Of a stretch of DNA of 43,993 nt, positions 19,431 through 28,204 are shown piece after piece (position 1 is the stretch's first letter; every line of letters begins with the position of its first letter). Source of the stretch: a virus; the UHGV virus genome UHGV-0375795, one strand, 5' to 3'. The translations under genes and the position numbers were made by a program. The notes below the pieces were generated by a model. The model searched no databases. It was not told where the DNA came from and saw nothing but the letters and a program-made list of their open reading frames with translations.

Positions 19431-21307
19431 TGTTTAAAACAAATAATGAGACAATCTTAATTGATGCTAAAGCAACCGATCCTATTCCTACAGGAGTGGT
19501 TTTTTGGTCTCACGATAGAGGAACTGCGAAGCTGATTTTCCAACTTCAAAAAGACTATATGAATCAACCTCTTTCGGCAGGTACTATCGTACCAATTCTT
19601 CTAGAATTTAATTCTGACACAGCGGAGGGTGGTCGTGGCCGCCACATTTATCATGCGGTAATCGAAGATGCGATAAACGGAATTGTGTCGATTGTTTTAG
19701 AAGACAATATTTTAGGCTATGTCGGGCGTGTCACTGGTTCAATTTATATTGAATTGCCTGATTCGCGCTCATTAGATACCGCTGGACGTTTTACCTTTGA
19801 CATCAAGCGAAGCCCGATTGATTTGAACACGCCTGAATTAGAGGATTATTACTGGCAAGGTTTCAACGAGATTATAGATGAGTATCATCAAACGATTAAT
19901 ACCATTAAATCAGAAGCTAAAGTATTGATTGATAGTCTAACTGCTGACGTTACGACAGCTCAAAGTAAGATCACTCAGTTAGAACAAAGTATCACGACAG
20001 CTAACACGAATTTGAATGCTCGCATCGATGAAATAAATAAGAAGATTGATGATAATGATGTACTTACAAAAGCGGAAAGTTCCGCAAACGTGATCGATCA
20101 AGTAATTGGAAAAGTTTCGAATGAAAATAAAGTGATACTTGATTTAAAAGGAAAAATTGTCGGTAGTGCAGTTGAAAATCCGAATGACGCCAAAGTAACA
20201 CATACACAAACACTTTTAAATCCTAACTCTACTGATTTTTTTACATTATCGCAACAAGCTTATGATCAGCAGAAGGATTTAGACGGAGTAGTGTTGACAG
20301 TTAGTAATTCGCTAAACGGCCGTTTCAGGCAAAATGTGTATTCATGGGACATATTAACTGTTACCAAAAAGATTGTTGGTGACGCATTTTTTGAAGGACT
20401 AAATGCTGATACTGTAGCTAAACAGGTCGCTATATTAAAAAAAATGGTTAATGTGAAAACAGCTGTCTGGGGGTTTGGTTCAAATTATTCTGGCAACAAA
20501 TTAAGTTTAAAAATTTGGGGCAATGATACTTCATGGATTGGTGAAGCTAATCACACTGAAGCTACTATTTCTAAATTGGAATACGACTCGACTTTGAACA
20601 CAAATAGCTTTATTTCAGAAGATGGATTTGTTTACGTAACGGCCTTTAGTGAACCTTCGGATGGAAATACAGCATCGAGCCTTTCGGTAGATTATGCTAA
20701 CTTAGAGTTGGAATTTAACTTGTCCGTTCATGAGTACATTAACAACATGATAGCGGCTAATCGCGTAGAAAACTTGGCGACTCAAGAAGAGGCTGAAACG
20801 GGTGAAGATAACAAGAAGATTATGACGCCGCTACGAGTAATGCAGTCGATTAAAAAGTTCGTGGAGAATAAATTTGTAAGCATTGCTGGTAACGAGACTA
20901 TTGGTGGTCTAAAAAACTTTCGAGACGGTTTAATGGTAAATGGAAATAATGTTCTTACACATAAAGGAGTAGTTACTATAAAATATTCCAATGCAGATTT
21001 TCCAACTGAAATTGCGAGTGGTTATATTACCTTTGTAAGATACGGTGATGAGGTTCAAGCAGTGTTTAACTTTAAAACACGAATAGGCAATGATTTCGCA
21101 AAAGACCAATCTATTATTTGGGGTATCGCGGCTGATTTTCAGGCAGATACTTCCGAACCTCAATATATCGGAATAACAAGTACAGGCGGAACAACAAGCA
21201 TAGTTAAATTTACTGCGGGCGGTTCCACTTTAACCGCGCACTCTATACTACTAAAAGATACTTGGTATGCTGGAACAGTCACGTACTTAGCTAAAAACAA
21301 ATTATAG
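19430..21307 (+). CDS. tail fibre / receptor-binding protein
   Basis: 625 aa with coiled-coil region and a C-terminal beta-rich domain. Last large tail gene before the lysis cassette. Confidence 0.6.
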   Translation: MFKTNNETILIDAKATDPIPTGVVFWSHDRGTAKLIFQLQKDYMNQPLSAGTIVPILLEFNSDTAEGGRGRHIYHAVIEDAINGIVSIVLEDNILGYVGRVTGSIYIELPDSRSLDTAGRFTFDIKRSPIDLNTPELEDYYWQGFNEIIDEYHQTINTIKSEAKVLIDSLTADVTTAQSKITQLEQSITTANTNLNARIDEINKKIDDNDVLTKAESSANVIDQVIGKVSNENKVILDLKGKIVGSAVENPNDAKVTHTQTLLNPNSTDFFTLSQQAYDQQKDLDGVVLTVSNSLNGRFRQNVYSWDILTVTKKIVGDAFFEGLNADTVAKQVAILKKMVNVKTAVWGFGSNYSGNKLSLKIWGNDTSWIGEANHTEATISKLEYDSTLNTNSFISEDGFVYVTAFSEPSDGNTASSLSVDYANLELEFNLSVHEYINNMIAANRVENLATQEEAETGEDNKKIMTPLRVMQSIKKFVENKFVSIAGNETIGGLKNFRDGLMVNGNNVLTHKGVVTIKYSNADFPTEIASGYITFVRYGDEVQAVFNFKTRIGNDFAKDQSIIWGIAADFQADTSEPQYIGITSTGGTTSIVKFTAGGSTLTAHSILLKDTWYAGTVTYLAKNKL

Positions 21308-21318
21308 GGGGAAGATAC

Positions 21319-21666
21319 ATGAAAACAATTTATGAAATTTTGTATCCGTTCGGGTGCAAAACAACAGAAGTGGCAGAGGATTTTGAAACAAAGTTTCCAT
21401 ACACGGAAGTAGAACCTGATGCCAATCGAGATCTAATGTTGCAGTTCTTCGATGTGAAATTGAACGTATGGCGTCCAGTAGAATACATGGCAAGCACTGA
21501 GAAGATTAGTCTGTTAGAGAACTTTTACACGAAAGCTACAGCTGATGTTAAAACCTTAACAAAGCAAAATGAGGTTCTTAACGACCAACTAACAGATACT
21601 CAATTAGCTTTAGCCGAAGTATACGAAATGCTGGTACCAGACGATGCAGCAAAGGAGGTAGTATAG
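21319..21666 (+). CDS. XkdW-like protein (tail fibre-associated / pre-lysis cassette)
   Basis: 115 aa, directly upstream of the XkdX-like ORFs, in PBSX-like order. Confidence 0.4.
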   Translation: MKTIYEILYPFGCKTTEVAEDFETKFPYTEVEPDANRDLMLQFFDVKLNVWRPVEYMASTEKISLLENFYTKATADVKTLTKQNEVLNDQLTDTQLALAEVYEMLVPDDAAKEVV

Positions 21667-21780
21667 ATGGCAAATATTTACGTGAATTTAATCCAGAAAG
21701 GCCTGAAGACTATTGAAGAAGTTCCTAGAACAATCAGAAATGAAGTACAAGCAATCCTTGATGCAGAAACTGCGGATTAG
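21667..21780 (+). CDS. XkdX-family small protein, copy 1 (37 aa)
   Basis: MANIYVNLIQKGLKTIEEVPRTIRNEVQAIL..., paralogous to copy 2. Starts directly at the stop of the upstream gene. Not in the track as a separate ORF. Confidence 0.5.
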   Translation: MANIYVNLIQKGLKTIEEVPRTIRNEVQAILDAETAD

Positions 21781-21817
21781 GATTGCTTTTTATTTACTCA
21801 GAAGGGAGGTGGAAGAA

Positions 21818-21943
21818 ATGGCCGTAGTATATGCGACTTTAATTATTAAAGGCAAGAAGACGATTGAACAAGTACCAGGTCTAATTCGCGAGCAAGTGAA
21901 AGAGATTCTAGTAGATATGGATTTGCCAGAATTGGCAGAGTAA
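21818..21943 (+). CDS. XkdX-family small protein, copy 2 (41 aa)
   Basis: GAAGGGAGGTGG RBS. MAVVYATLIIKGKKTIEQVPGLIREQVKEIL... The track ORF 21713..21943 is a frame-fused artefact. Confidence 0.55.
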   Translation: MAVVYATLIIKGKKTIEQVPGLIREQVKEILVDMDLPELAE

Positions 21944-21980
21944 CAATTTAGCCTCGTTTTTAACGGGGCTAATTATTTAG

Positions 21981-22241
21981 TTGGAAGGCGGGGGAGTTTT
22001 GAAAGATGATACTGCACAAGATGTTATTGAGCGCTTAGTGCGCATTGAAACAAAACTTGATAATTACGAGGCATTGAGAGAGAAGGCGGATGCTGCGAAA
22101 GATGTGGCGGATCACGCATATTCTATTGCACTCAACAATGCTGATGACATCAAAGAAATTAAAGCAAACAATAAATGGTCATGGGGTTACATGATCGGTT
22201 TAGGTATTACTATATTAGGCTATTTCTTAACGAAATTATAG
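21981..22241 (+). CDS. xhlA: XhlA-like lysis-associated membrane protein
   Basis: Coiled-coil N-terminus and C-terminal TM helix, immediately upstream of the holin. Start possibly TTG near 22000. Confidence 0.6.
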   Translation: MEGGGVLKDDTAQDVIERLVRIETKLDNYEALREKADAAKDVADHAYSIALNNADDIKEIKANNKWSWGYMIGLGITILGYFLTKL

Positions 22242-22252
22242 GGGGGTTTGAA

Positions 22253-22450
22253 ATGATTTTACCGGACAAGTATTACCAAATTATTAAATGGGCAGTTCTC
22301 ACAGTGTTGCCAGCTGCATCTGTTTTAGTTGGCACACTTGGAAAAGCATACGGTTGGGGTGGCGCGGATATGACTGTGCTAACAATTAATGCTGTAGCTA
22401 CTTTTTTAGGAGTAGTTACAGGTGTCTCAGCATACAATTCGAAAAAATAG
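22253..22450 (+). CDS. holin (65 aa, two TM helices)
   Basis: GGGGGG RBS before ATG 22253, hydrophobic, directly upstream of the endolysin. The track ORF begins earlier in the same frame. Confidence 0.7.
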   Translation: MILPDKYYQIIKWAVLTVLPAASVLVGTLGKAYGWGGADMTVLTINAVATFLGVVTGVSAYNSKK

Positions 22451-22460
22451 GAGGAATCAC

Positions 22461-23570
22461 ATGAAAAAGAGAATTACTTTGTTGAGCCTGATTACGGCTC
22501 TTTTTTTATTGCCAATTTTCCCAGGGAATGTGGATGCGGCGAAAGGTGATCAAGGGGTTGACTGGGCAATCTATCAGGGAGCACAAGGACAATTTGGTTA
22601 TGCGCATGATAAGTTCGCAATCGCTCAAATTGGAGGATACAACGCTGGCGGAATTTATAATCAATGGACATATGAAAGCCAAGTTAATTCTGCTTTAGCA
22701 CAAGGAAAACGGGCTCACACGTATATTTGGTACGACACGTGGGGAAACATGAGTATTGCGAAAACTACTATGGATTACTTTCTACCGAAAGTAAAAACAC
22801 CTCGTGGTTCAATCGTGGCATTAGACTTTGAGCATGGAGCCAGTGGAAATAAGCAAGCGAATACAGACACAATTCTATATGGTATGCGAAGGATTCGAGA
22901 TGCCGGCTACACACCGATGTATTACTCTTACAAACCGTTTACTCTGCAAAACGTATACTATCAGCAAATCTTAGCTGAATTCCCTGATAGTTTGTGGATG
23001 GCCGCTTATCCGAATTACAACGTCACTCCATATCCAGTATGGTCTGTGTTTCCAAGTATGGATGGCGTGGCGATCTATCAATTCACTTCCACATATGTTG
23101 GCGGCGGATTGGATGGTAATGTCGATTTAACTGGAATTACCGATAACGGATACACAACACTGCCTGCTCCAAATCCATCTGAAGCAACAGATATCTACCG
23201 TGCTGGACAGAATTATTCTGTGATGGAAGTCGGAAACGGTAAAGGTCACGTTGATGGATTTGGCGCAATGGCTGGGAAAATTAAAGCAGAAGGATGGAGT
23301 ACTCGTACTCACAAATATCAGTATGCTTTCGTCTTAGATCGCACGACAGGTAAAGAACTGAAACGTATCAAGCTGAAAGATCTACCGCGTGCAGATGCAG
23401 CTAAGGTGTATAATCGTAGTGACACTGCAGGATTCCAAATTGAATTCAATCAGAAAGATGTTGCAGGTCATTCGATCATTATTATGATCCGAAGCACCAA
23501 TGACCCAAAAGGTAATACAAAAGACGGATTCAACGATCTAACTGAAACACGTTGGTATCTGGACGTATAA
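22461..23570 (+). CDS. endolysin: GH25 muramidase with N-terminal signal peptide and an unassigned C-terminal cell-wall binding domain
   Basis: AGGAGG RBS. MKKRITLLSLITALFLLPIFPGNVDA is a signal-peptide-like N-terminus. GDQGVDWAIYQG...DTWGN resembles GH25. Confidence 0.85.
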   Translation: MKKRITLLSLITALFLLPIFPGNVDAAKGDQGVDWAIYQGAQGQFGYAHDKFAIAQIGGYNAGGIYNQWTYESQVNSALAQGKRAHTYIWYDTWGNMSIAKTTMDYFLPKVKTPRGSIVALDFEHGASGNKQANTDTILYGMRRIRDAGYTPMYYSYKPFTLQNVYYQQILAEFPDSLWMAAYPNYNVTPYPVWSVFPSMDGVAIYQFTSTYVGGGLDGNVDLTGITDNGYTTLPAPNPSEATDIYRAGQNYSVMEVGNGKGHVDGFGAMAGKIKAEGWSTRTHKYQYAFVLDRTTGKELKRIKLKDLPRADAAKVYNRSDTAGFQIEFNQKDVAGHSIIIMIRSTNDPKGNTKDGFNDLTETRWYLDV

Positions 23571-23695
23571 CAAACAGCCCTCTTAAATTAATTAAAGGGT
23601 ATTTATGGTAAAATAAAAAAGAGCCCACCCTGCAAAAGTGAAAGCTCTACATGAATTGCCTTTATAATATTATACCACGAATGGAGGTAGTTTTC

Positions 23696-23887
23696 ATGGA
23701 TAAAACTAATGAAAGGATACTCCTCAATAATTCTGAGTTAAGAGAGTTGAAAAAAATTATTTTGTTCTCATTGAATGAAGGCTATGGGGTATATTATCCA
23801 GATATTGACCTTACTAAAAAAGTGATAGCTAAGTTGCTTTCTGATGATGAGTTTAAAAATATAAAGCGAGAATTTATTGTAGAGTAA
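23696..23887 (+). CDS. hypothetical moron protein (63 aa)
   Basis: GGAGGT RBS and a TATAAT-like box upstream (23663-23668). Lies between the lysin and attP. Confidence 0.5.
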   Translation: MDKTNERILLNNSELRELKKIILFSLNEGYGVYYPDIDLTKKVIAKLLSDDEFKNIKREFIVE

Positions 23888-23895
23888 ATGTTGTA

Positions 23896-24171
23896 ATGGA
23901 TAATAAAGAAAGCGTATTGATTGACCGATGCTTAACGTCATTTTATCAAAACGCATTTGTAGAAATGGACGTCTATTTGTTATTAATCCTTTTAAGACAA
24001 CATAGCAAAAATAATAGCATAGTTTTTGAGTTGGCCAATTTTGTGGCCCATAGAGAAAGAGACCGAGGGGATATACATAAATACATTCTTGAAACGAAAT
24101 TAAAGGCAGAGAAAATCGGTACTGAAAAAGGGGCAAAAAAGGGGCAAATGTTTGCCAATGTTGTCAAATAA
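23896..24171 (+). CDS. hypothetical moron protein (91 aa)
   Basis: Track ORF. Followed by two intrinsic terminators. Its 3' end overlaps the AAGGGGCAAA repeats. Confidence 0.5.
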   Translation: MDNKESVLIDRCLTSFYQNAFVEMDVYLLLILLRQHSKNNSIVFELANFVAHRERDRGDIHKYILETKLKAEKIGTEKGAKKGQMFANVVK

Positions 24172-24194
24172 CAATCATTAATTTATCTGATAAA

Positions 24195-24216
24195 ACGCCG
24201 TTAAAACGGCTTTTTA
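24195..24216 (+). terminator. rho-independent terminator (GCCGTTaaAACGGC plus T5)
   Basis: Hairpin plus TTTTT downstream of the 23896..24171 ORF. Confidence 0.55.
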
Positions 24217-24283
24217 TAGCATTTGAGAATAACTGTTATTCCGCAAAATCAATACTTAGAGCTTTATTAATCCTAACTCGCAA

Positions 24284-24320
24284 CCGCTAGAAAATAATGT
24301 TTCTAGCGGTTTATTTTTTG
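24284..24320 (+). terminator. strong rho-independent terminator (CCGCTAGAAA-ataatg-TTTCTAGCGG plus TTTATTTTTT)
   Basis: Perfect 10-bp stem followed by a T-run. Insulates the int side from rightward late/moron transcription. Confidence 0.7.
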
Positions 24321-24354
24321 GTCAAATCATAAAAGGGGCAGATAAGGGGCAAAA

Positions 24355-25485
24355 TTAATAGTTGATTGTCTCAATTTTATCCTTTAATGTGTCCTTCATT
24401 TTATTAGTGACATGGGTATACACCTGTAAAGTTGTTGAAGCATCATTGTGTCCCACTCGATCCATAACCACTTTAATTGGTATATTTAACTCAGCCAAAA
24501 AGGAAATATGGGTATGCCTCAAATAGTGTGACGAGACCGGCTTTTGTATACCAGCAAACTTCGCAGCATTTTTAAGGCATGGAGCAAATGTTCGATAATC
24601 AATCGGATTGCCATTAGGGCTAGTAAAGATATAACCTGAATCAATATACTTGCTTGTTGCTTTGTAGAGTTGATTCTCTTGCAATATCTTAATAAGGATG
24701 TTGGTTGCACGTGTAGACAACACGACGTTTCTATTTGCTGCTTTAGTCTTTGGAGTGGTTCGTGTGACGTTACTATACGATCCGTTTCTAAAATCGATTG
24801 TTCCATTTACACTTATATAACCCTCGTATAAATCTTCTTCTCTTAAAGCAATTAACTCACCATAACGTAATCCAGTCAGCGCCAAAAATTCAACCATGTC
24901 TGCCTTACGTTGATTTGGTCGCATTTTATTTAACTGATCAATCACGGCTCTTAATTCATATTTTTCAAGATATTTTTCTGGTTTTTCATCTTGCCTTAAA
25001 ACTAAATTCAATTTAAAATTAGGAGATCCTGCAGAATATCCTTCTTCGCTTGCGTGAGAAAGTATCATTAACGTAAAAGCTTTTATTTTTTTTACATAAT
25101 TCAAAGAATATTTTTGGTCGTAATACAAATCTTCAATTCGCTTTCTGAAAAAAGGTAAATCAATATTTTTAATTAACATATCTTTACCAATAGCTCTCAA
25201 AAGTGTTTTTTCAGTAGATTCGAAAGATAAATATGAGGAGTTTTTTACTTTCCTTTTGTAATTAGGCTTAAATAATTCCAGTGCCTTTTCGAAAGTAATG
25301 GATTCGAGCTTAGGAGCGTTAATCTTTTTATTTATCTTTTCTTGAAGTTCTATGTTTGCTTGCTTCTTAGCTTGATTAGATTTGCTGTTAAGTGTGATGG
25401 AAACTTTTCTGCTTTTTTCTGTGTATGGGTCAATGTATCGTTCGGAATATTTGTATTTCCCGTTCGGTAATTCTTCAATCCACAT
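24355..25485 (-). CDS. int: tyrosine integrase (phage integrase family)
   Basis: 376 aa. C-terminal catalytic region HYLRHTHISFLAELNIP...GHNDASTTLQVYTHV carries the R..H-x-x-R..Y signature. Confidence 0.95.
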   Translation of the reverse strand: MWIEELPNGKYKYSERYIDPYTEKSRKVSITLNSKSNQAKKQANIELQEKINKKINAPKLESITFEKALELFKPNYKRKVKNSSYLSFESTEKTLLRAIGKDMLIKNIDLPFFRKRIEDLYYDQKYSLNYVKKIKAFTLMILSHASEEGYSAGSPNFKLNLVLRQDEKPEKYLEKYELRAVIDQLNKMRPNQRKADMVEFLALTGLRYGELIALREEDLYEGYISVNGTIDFRNGSYSNVTRTTPKTKAANRNVVLSTRATNILIKILQENQLYKATSKYIDSGYIFTSPNGNPIDYRTFAPCLKNAAKFAGIQKPVSSHYLRHTHISFLAELNIPIKVVMDRVGHNDASTTLQVYTHVTNKMKDTLKDKIETINY

Positions 25486-25560
25486 GTTTATTCAACTCCT
25501 TAAATTGAACGTGCGTTCTTTTTTTGGCGTTATTAAAGAAGCCCCTAAAGTGGGGCAGCA

Positions 25561-26127
25561 TTAGTATGAACCGATCCATGATGCATTAGCGAAATAAACT
25601 TCATAATCAGGCGTATCATTCATTACATCGAAATAAGCTATGCCTGTAGAAGATTTATTGGGTTGAATTGTTTCAGAATAAAATTCTCTAGAATTTAGCT
25701 CAGCTTTCATATTGTTGCCATCATAAAAGTCTAATTGATGCGACGTAACTTCAAAAGGTTTATCCCCTAAATTTGTCACTGTAAAAGTAACTTTAGCAAA
25801 GTATCCATTTTGAGGAATATAATAGTCCCCGTCACCCATATCTTTTTCGACCGAATCAATCTTTACATCAATTATATCCCCGGACTCACTTTTAAATGGT
25901 TGACTTTGACCGATAGAGGCAGCACTCGGACTAGAACTGTCATCACCGACATATTCAGAATCAGGTTTAGGAGAGTTTTCGTTTTCAACACTATCTTTTG
26001 CTTGTTCAAATTCTTTGTCAAAATCGTAAGAAGAGCTCTCTTGAGCAGTCTCGCTATTATTACTAGAGCAACCACCGAGTGTAATAACAGCGAGTGAAGT
26101 TACCAATCCTAAAATAACTTTTTTCAT
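25561..26127 (-). CDS. lipoprotein (DUF4352-like), candidate superinfection-exclusion moron
   Basis: MKKVILGLVTSLAVITLGGCSS is a lipobox signal. AAAGGGG RBS. Sits between int and the repressor. GC hairpin terminator at about 25534-25552. Confidence 0.8.
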   Translation of the reverse strand: MKKVILGLVTSLAVITLGGCSSNNSETAQESSSYDFDKEFEQAKDSVENENSPKPDSEYVGDDSSSPSAASIGQSQPFKSESGDIIDVKIDSVEKDMGDGDYYIPQNGYFAKVTFTVTNLGDKPFEVTSHQLDFYDGNNMKAELNSREFYSETIQPNKSSTGIAYFDVMNDTPDYEVYFANASWIGSY

Positions 26128-26220
26128 TTTAAAACCCCTTTTCTGGTATAATAGTTTTAAGAGTCATATCTCAGAAATGAGTTTCCCTAGCCGAAGCTGT
26201 AACTTCGACTGGGGTATTTT

Positions 26221-26886
26221 TTATTTGACAACTTTCCCTAAGATTCTAACCCGTTCAGGTTCAAGCTCCCGATCTTCATACTTACCGTTTAATGATCGCA
26301 AAACTACCTTGTCATCGTCATAGTTATAATAGACTTTTTTCAATGTAACACCATCGCCATCTATTTCGACGATAGCCATCTCGCCATTTTCGACAGCTGG
26401 TTGGGACTTGTAAAAAACAATATCGCCGTTCTGATACTCCGGTTCCATTGAATCACCTTTAACAACCAGAGCGCATTCGGCTTTTTTCGGTACATTGATT
26501 TCAATCGTATCCTCCATATTAATATCACCATATGATAATTCAGTAGGATTAGCTGCGGTAGTACCGAACAATGGGACTACTTTCCTATTTTGCTCTTCGA
26601 GTTGACGTGCAGCAAAGTCGTAAACTTTTTCTTGACGAGGTGGGGCGAGTTGGTTGTAGATGGTGGTGATTCCTTCTTTTGCCGCTGGAAAAAAATCGTC
26701 TACAGCAACGCCGAATATATCCGACAAAGCAAAAAGTATATCTTGATTGGCTTTTCTTTCGCCAATCTCGTAACGACTTATTGACTGACGTGTCGTTCCT
26801 AATTTTTCTGCTAAATCATCTTGTGTCATATTCCGTCTTTCACGGAATTTTTTTATTTGTTCACCTACATATTTGGCTAAGTCCAT
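26221..26886 (-). CDS. CI-like repressor (HTH-XRE N-terminus plus S24 LexA-like peptidase C-terminus)
   Basis: N-terminal HTH (MTQDDLAEKLGTTRQSISRYE). C-terminal VVKGDSMEPEYQNGDIVFY (S24 GDSM motif). Divergent from Cro. Confidence 0.9.
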   Translation of the reverse strand: MDLAKYVGEQIKKFRERRNMTQDDLAEKLGTTRQSISRYEIGERKANQDILFALSDIFGVAVDDFFPAAKEGITTIYNQLAPPRQEKVYDFAARQLEEQNRKVVPLFGTTAANPTELSYGDINMEDTIEINVPKKAECALVVKGDSMEPEYQNGDIVFYKSQPAVENGEMAIVEIDGDGVTLKKVYYNYDDDKVVLRSLNGKYEDRELEPERVRILGKVVK

Positions 26887-26925
26887 TTTTTCACCTCTTT
26901 CAATGAAATAAGTATAACATTAAAA

Positions 26926-27070
26926 GCACCAAAATGGAACTATTTTCTTCTGTTTTATAGAACGATGTTAAGCGCAACGGAATAAAAATATTTTTTTTAG
27001 AAAATATACTTGCGCTGTCACCATATTGGTGCTAAGATTGTCTTGTAACCAAATTGGTGCGGAAAGTTGA
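26926..27070. promoter_or_regulatory. CI/Cro intergenic operator region with three related sites: GCACCAAAATGG (26926-26937), CACCATATTGGTG (27019-27031, perfect palindrome) and ACCAAATTGGTGC (27058-27070). Candidate -35 TTGCGC / -10 TAAGAT for Cro.
   Basis: Repeated dyad-symmetric 13-mers between divergent repressor genes. The central site occupies the 17-bp spacer of a sigma70-like promoter. Confidence 0.5.
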
Positions 27071-27080
27071 GGTGATTTAA

Positions 27081-27311
27081 ATGCAAATAGTTTTATGGAA
27101 CTTGAGAAGAAACGAAAAAAGAATGACTCAACAAGAATTAGCGGACTATTTAGGCATTGCAGTGCAGACATATCGTGAAAAAGAAAAGGGTAATGCAGAA
27201 TTCACTCAAGACGAGATGTTTATGATTGCAAAACTCTTCCAAAAACGATTAGATGATATTTTTTTGCCACGCAAGCACCGAAATGGTGACAAAAAGGAGG
27301 TTAACCAATGA
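27081..27311 (+). CDS. Cro-like HTH-XRE regulator
   Basis: GAGGTG RBS. MTQQELADYLGIAVQTYREKEKG is an HTH motif. 76 aa. Confidence 0.8.
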   Translation: MQIVLWNLRRNEKRMTQQELADYLGIAVQTYREKEKGNAEFTQDEMFMIAKLFQKRLDDIFLPRKHRNGDKKEVNQ

Positions 27312-28204
27312 ACGAACTATCGCTATCAAGCGATATCAATGTGATTACCGCTGAAATCAATTCCTACAAGCAGATTGCAGGTCAATCCATTTGGGAAATC
27401 GGCAGACGTTTGAATTATGTGAAAGAGAATGATTTGGCACATGGTGAGTTTGGAGAGTGGCTTGAAACAGTTGGGATAAATCATCCAGAAGCAAACAGAA
27501 TGATGAAAGTAGCCAAAGAAATCCCATATTCTTCAACGTTGACGAATTTAGGAACAACTGCACTCTATCTTATCACCACACTGCCCGAAGAAGAACGAAC
27601 CAAGGAACACGCCACTTCTAAAGGAGAAACAAAAACGCCTGATGAAATGACCGTTCGTGAGTTGCAAGAACTCAAAAAACAGCTCAAAGCAAAGGACAAA
27701 CAGATAGACAATTTGTCAGATGTCATCAATGACATGAGCGTGCAACAGCCAGAAGTTGTTGAGAAGGAAGTAGTTATCGAAAAAGTTCCTGACGACTATA
27801 ACTTTTTCAAAGGGAATTATGAAGCAGCGAAAACGAACTATGAATTCTATAAGAAACAAAATGAAGAAATCAGACAAGAAATGAAGGCCTTGGAAGAACG
27901 AATTAAGAACGAATCTACAAATGATAGTTTGAAAGAAGAACTATCTGAATTAAAAAAGGCAAAATTCGAAATAAGTCAAAAGGAACAATCGTACGAAAGA
28001 ATAACCGCTCTTGAAAGGAATGTTGAATCGTTTATCCAATCAAATTCCGGCGTGAAATATTCTAAGGATTTTCAAATCTTATCTTTGAATCAAGAAGCTT
28101 TAGCTAATTTGGAAAATTGTTTAGATCGTTTATCAAGTTGGGTCAAAGAAATAAAAAGTGAATTGCCAAACAAAAAAATTATAGAGGGAGAGTTATTAAA
28201 ATGA
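27308..28204 (+). CDS. DUF3102-domain protein with long C-terminal coiled coil
   Basis: N-terminal ...YKQIAGQSIWEIGRRLNYVKE..HGEFGEWLE...RMMKVA matches my recollection of DUF3102. Confidence 0.55.
   Translation: MNELSLSSDINVITAEINSYKQIAGQSIWEIGRRLNYVKENDLAHGEFGEWLETVGINHPEANRMMKVAKEIPYSSTLTNLGTTALYLITTLPEEERTKEHATSKGETKTPDEMTVRELQELKKQLKAKDKQIDNLSDVINDMSVQQPEVVEKEVVIEKVPDDYNFFKGNYEAAKTNYEFYKKQNEEIRQEMKALEERIKNESTNDSLKEELSELKKAKFEISQKEQSYERITALERNVESFIQSNSGVKYSKDFQILSLNQEALANLENCLDRLSSWVKEIKSELPNKKIIEGELLK

Larger units (their letters stand above)
24172..24354. other. putative attP region, flanked by arm-type direct repeats AAGGGGCA(A/G)A at 24128-24148 and 24333-24353
   Basis: Non-coding segment between the lysis-side morons and the int stop. 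Four copies of a 10-mer lie in two pairs about 205 bp apart, in the usual position of integrase arm-binding sites. Confidence 0.45.

Noticed and set aside
21713-21943. Track ORF of 76 aa spanning both XkdX-like genes
   Set aside because: It is an artefact of an out-of-frame ATG. The region resolves into two separate small genes in different frames, each with its own start signal.
23571-23650. Possible terminator after the endolysin (CCCTCTTAAATTAATTAAAGGG)
   Set aside because: The stem is imperfect and AT-rich without a clean T-run, so it is not reported as a feature.
24519-25016. ORFs antisense or alternative-frame within the integrase (24519..24806 -, 24798..25016 +)
   Set aside because: They are embedded in a gene with strong family signature, and are probably spurious.
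25810-26097. ORFs overlapping the lipoprotein gene (25810..26097 +, 25872..26075 -)
   Set aside because: They are antisense or alternative-frame to a gene with a lipobox and an RBS.
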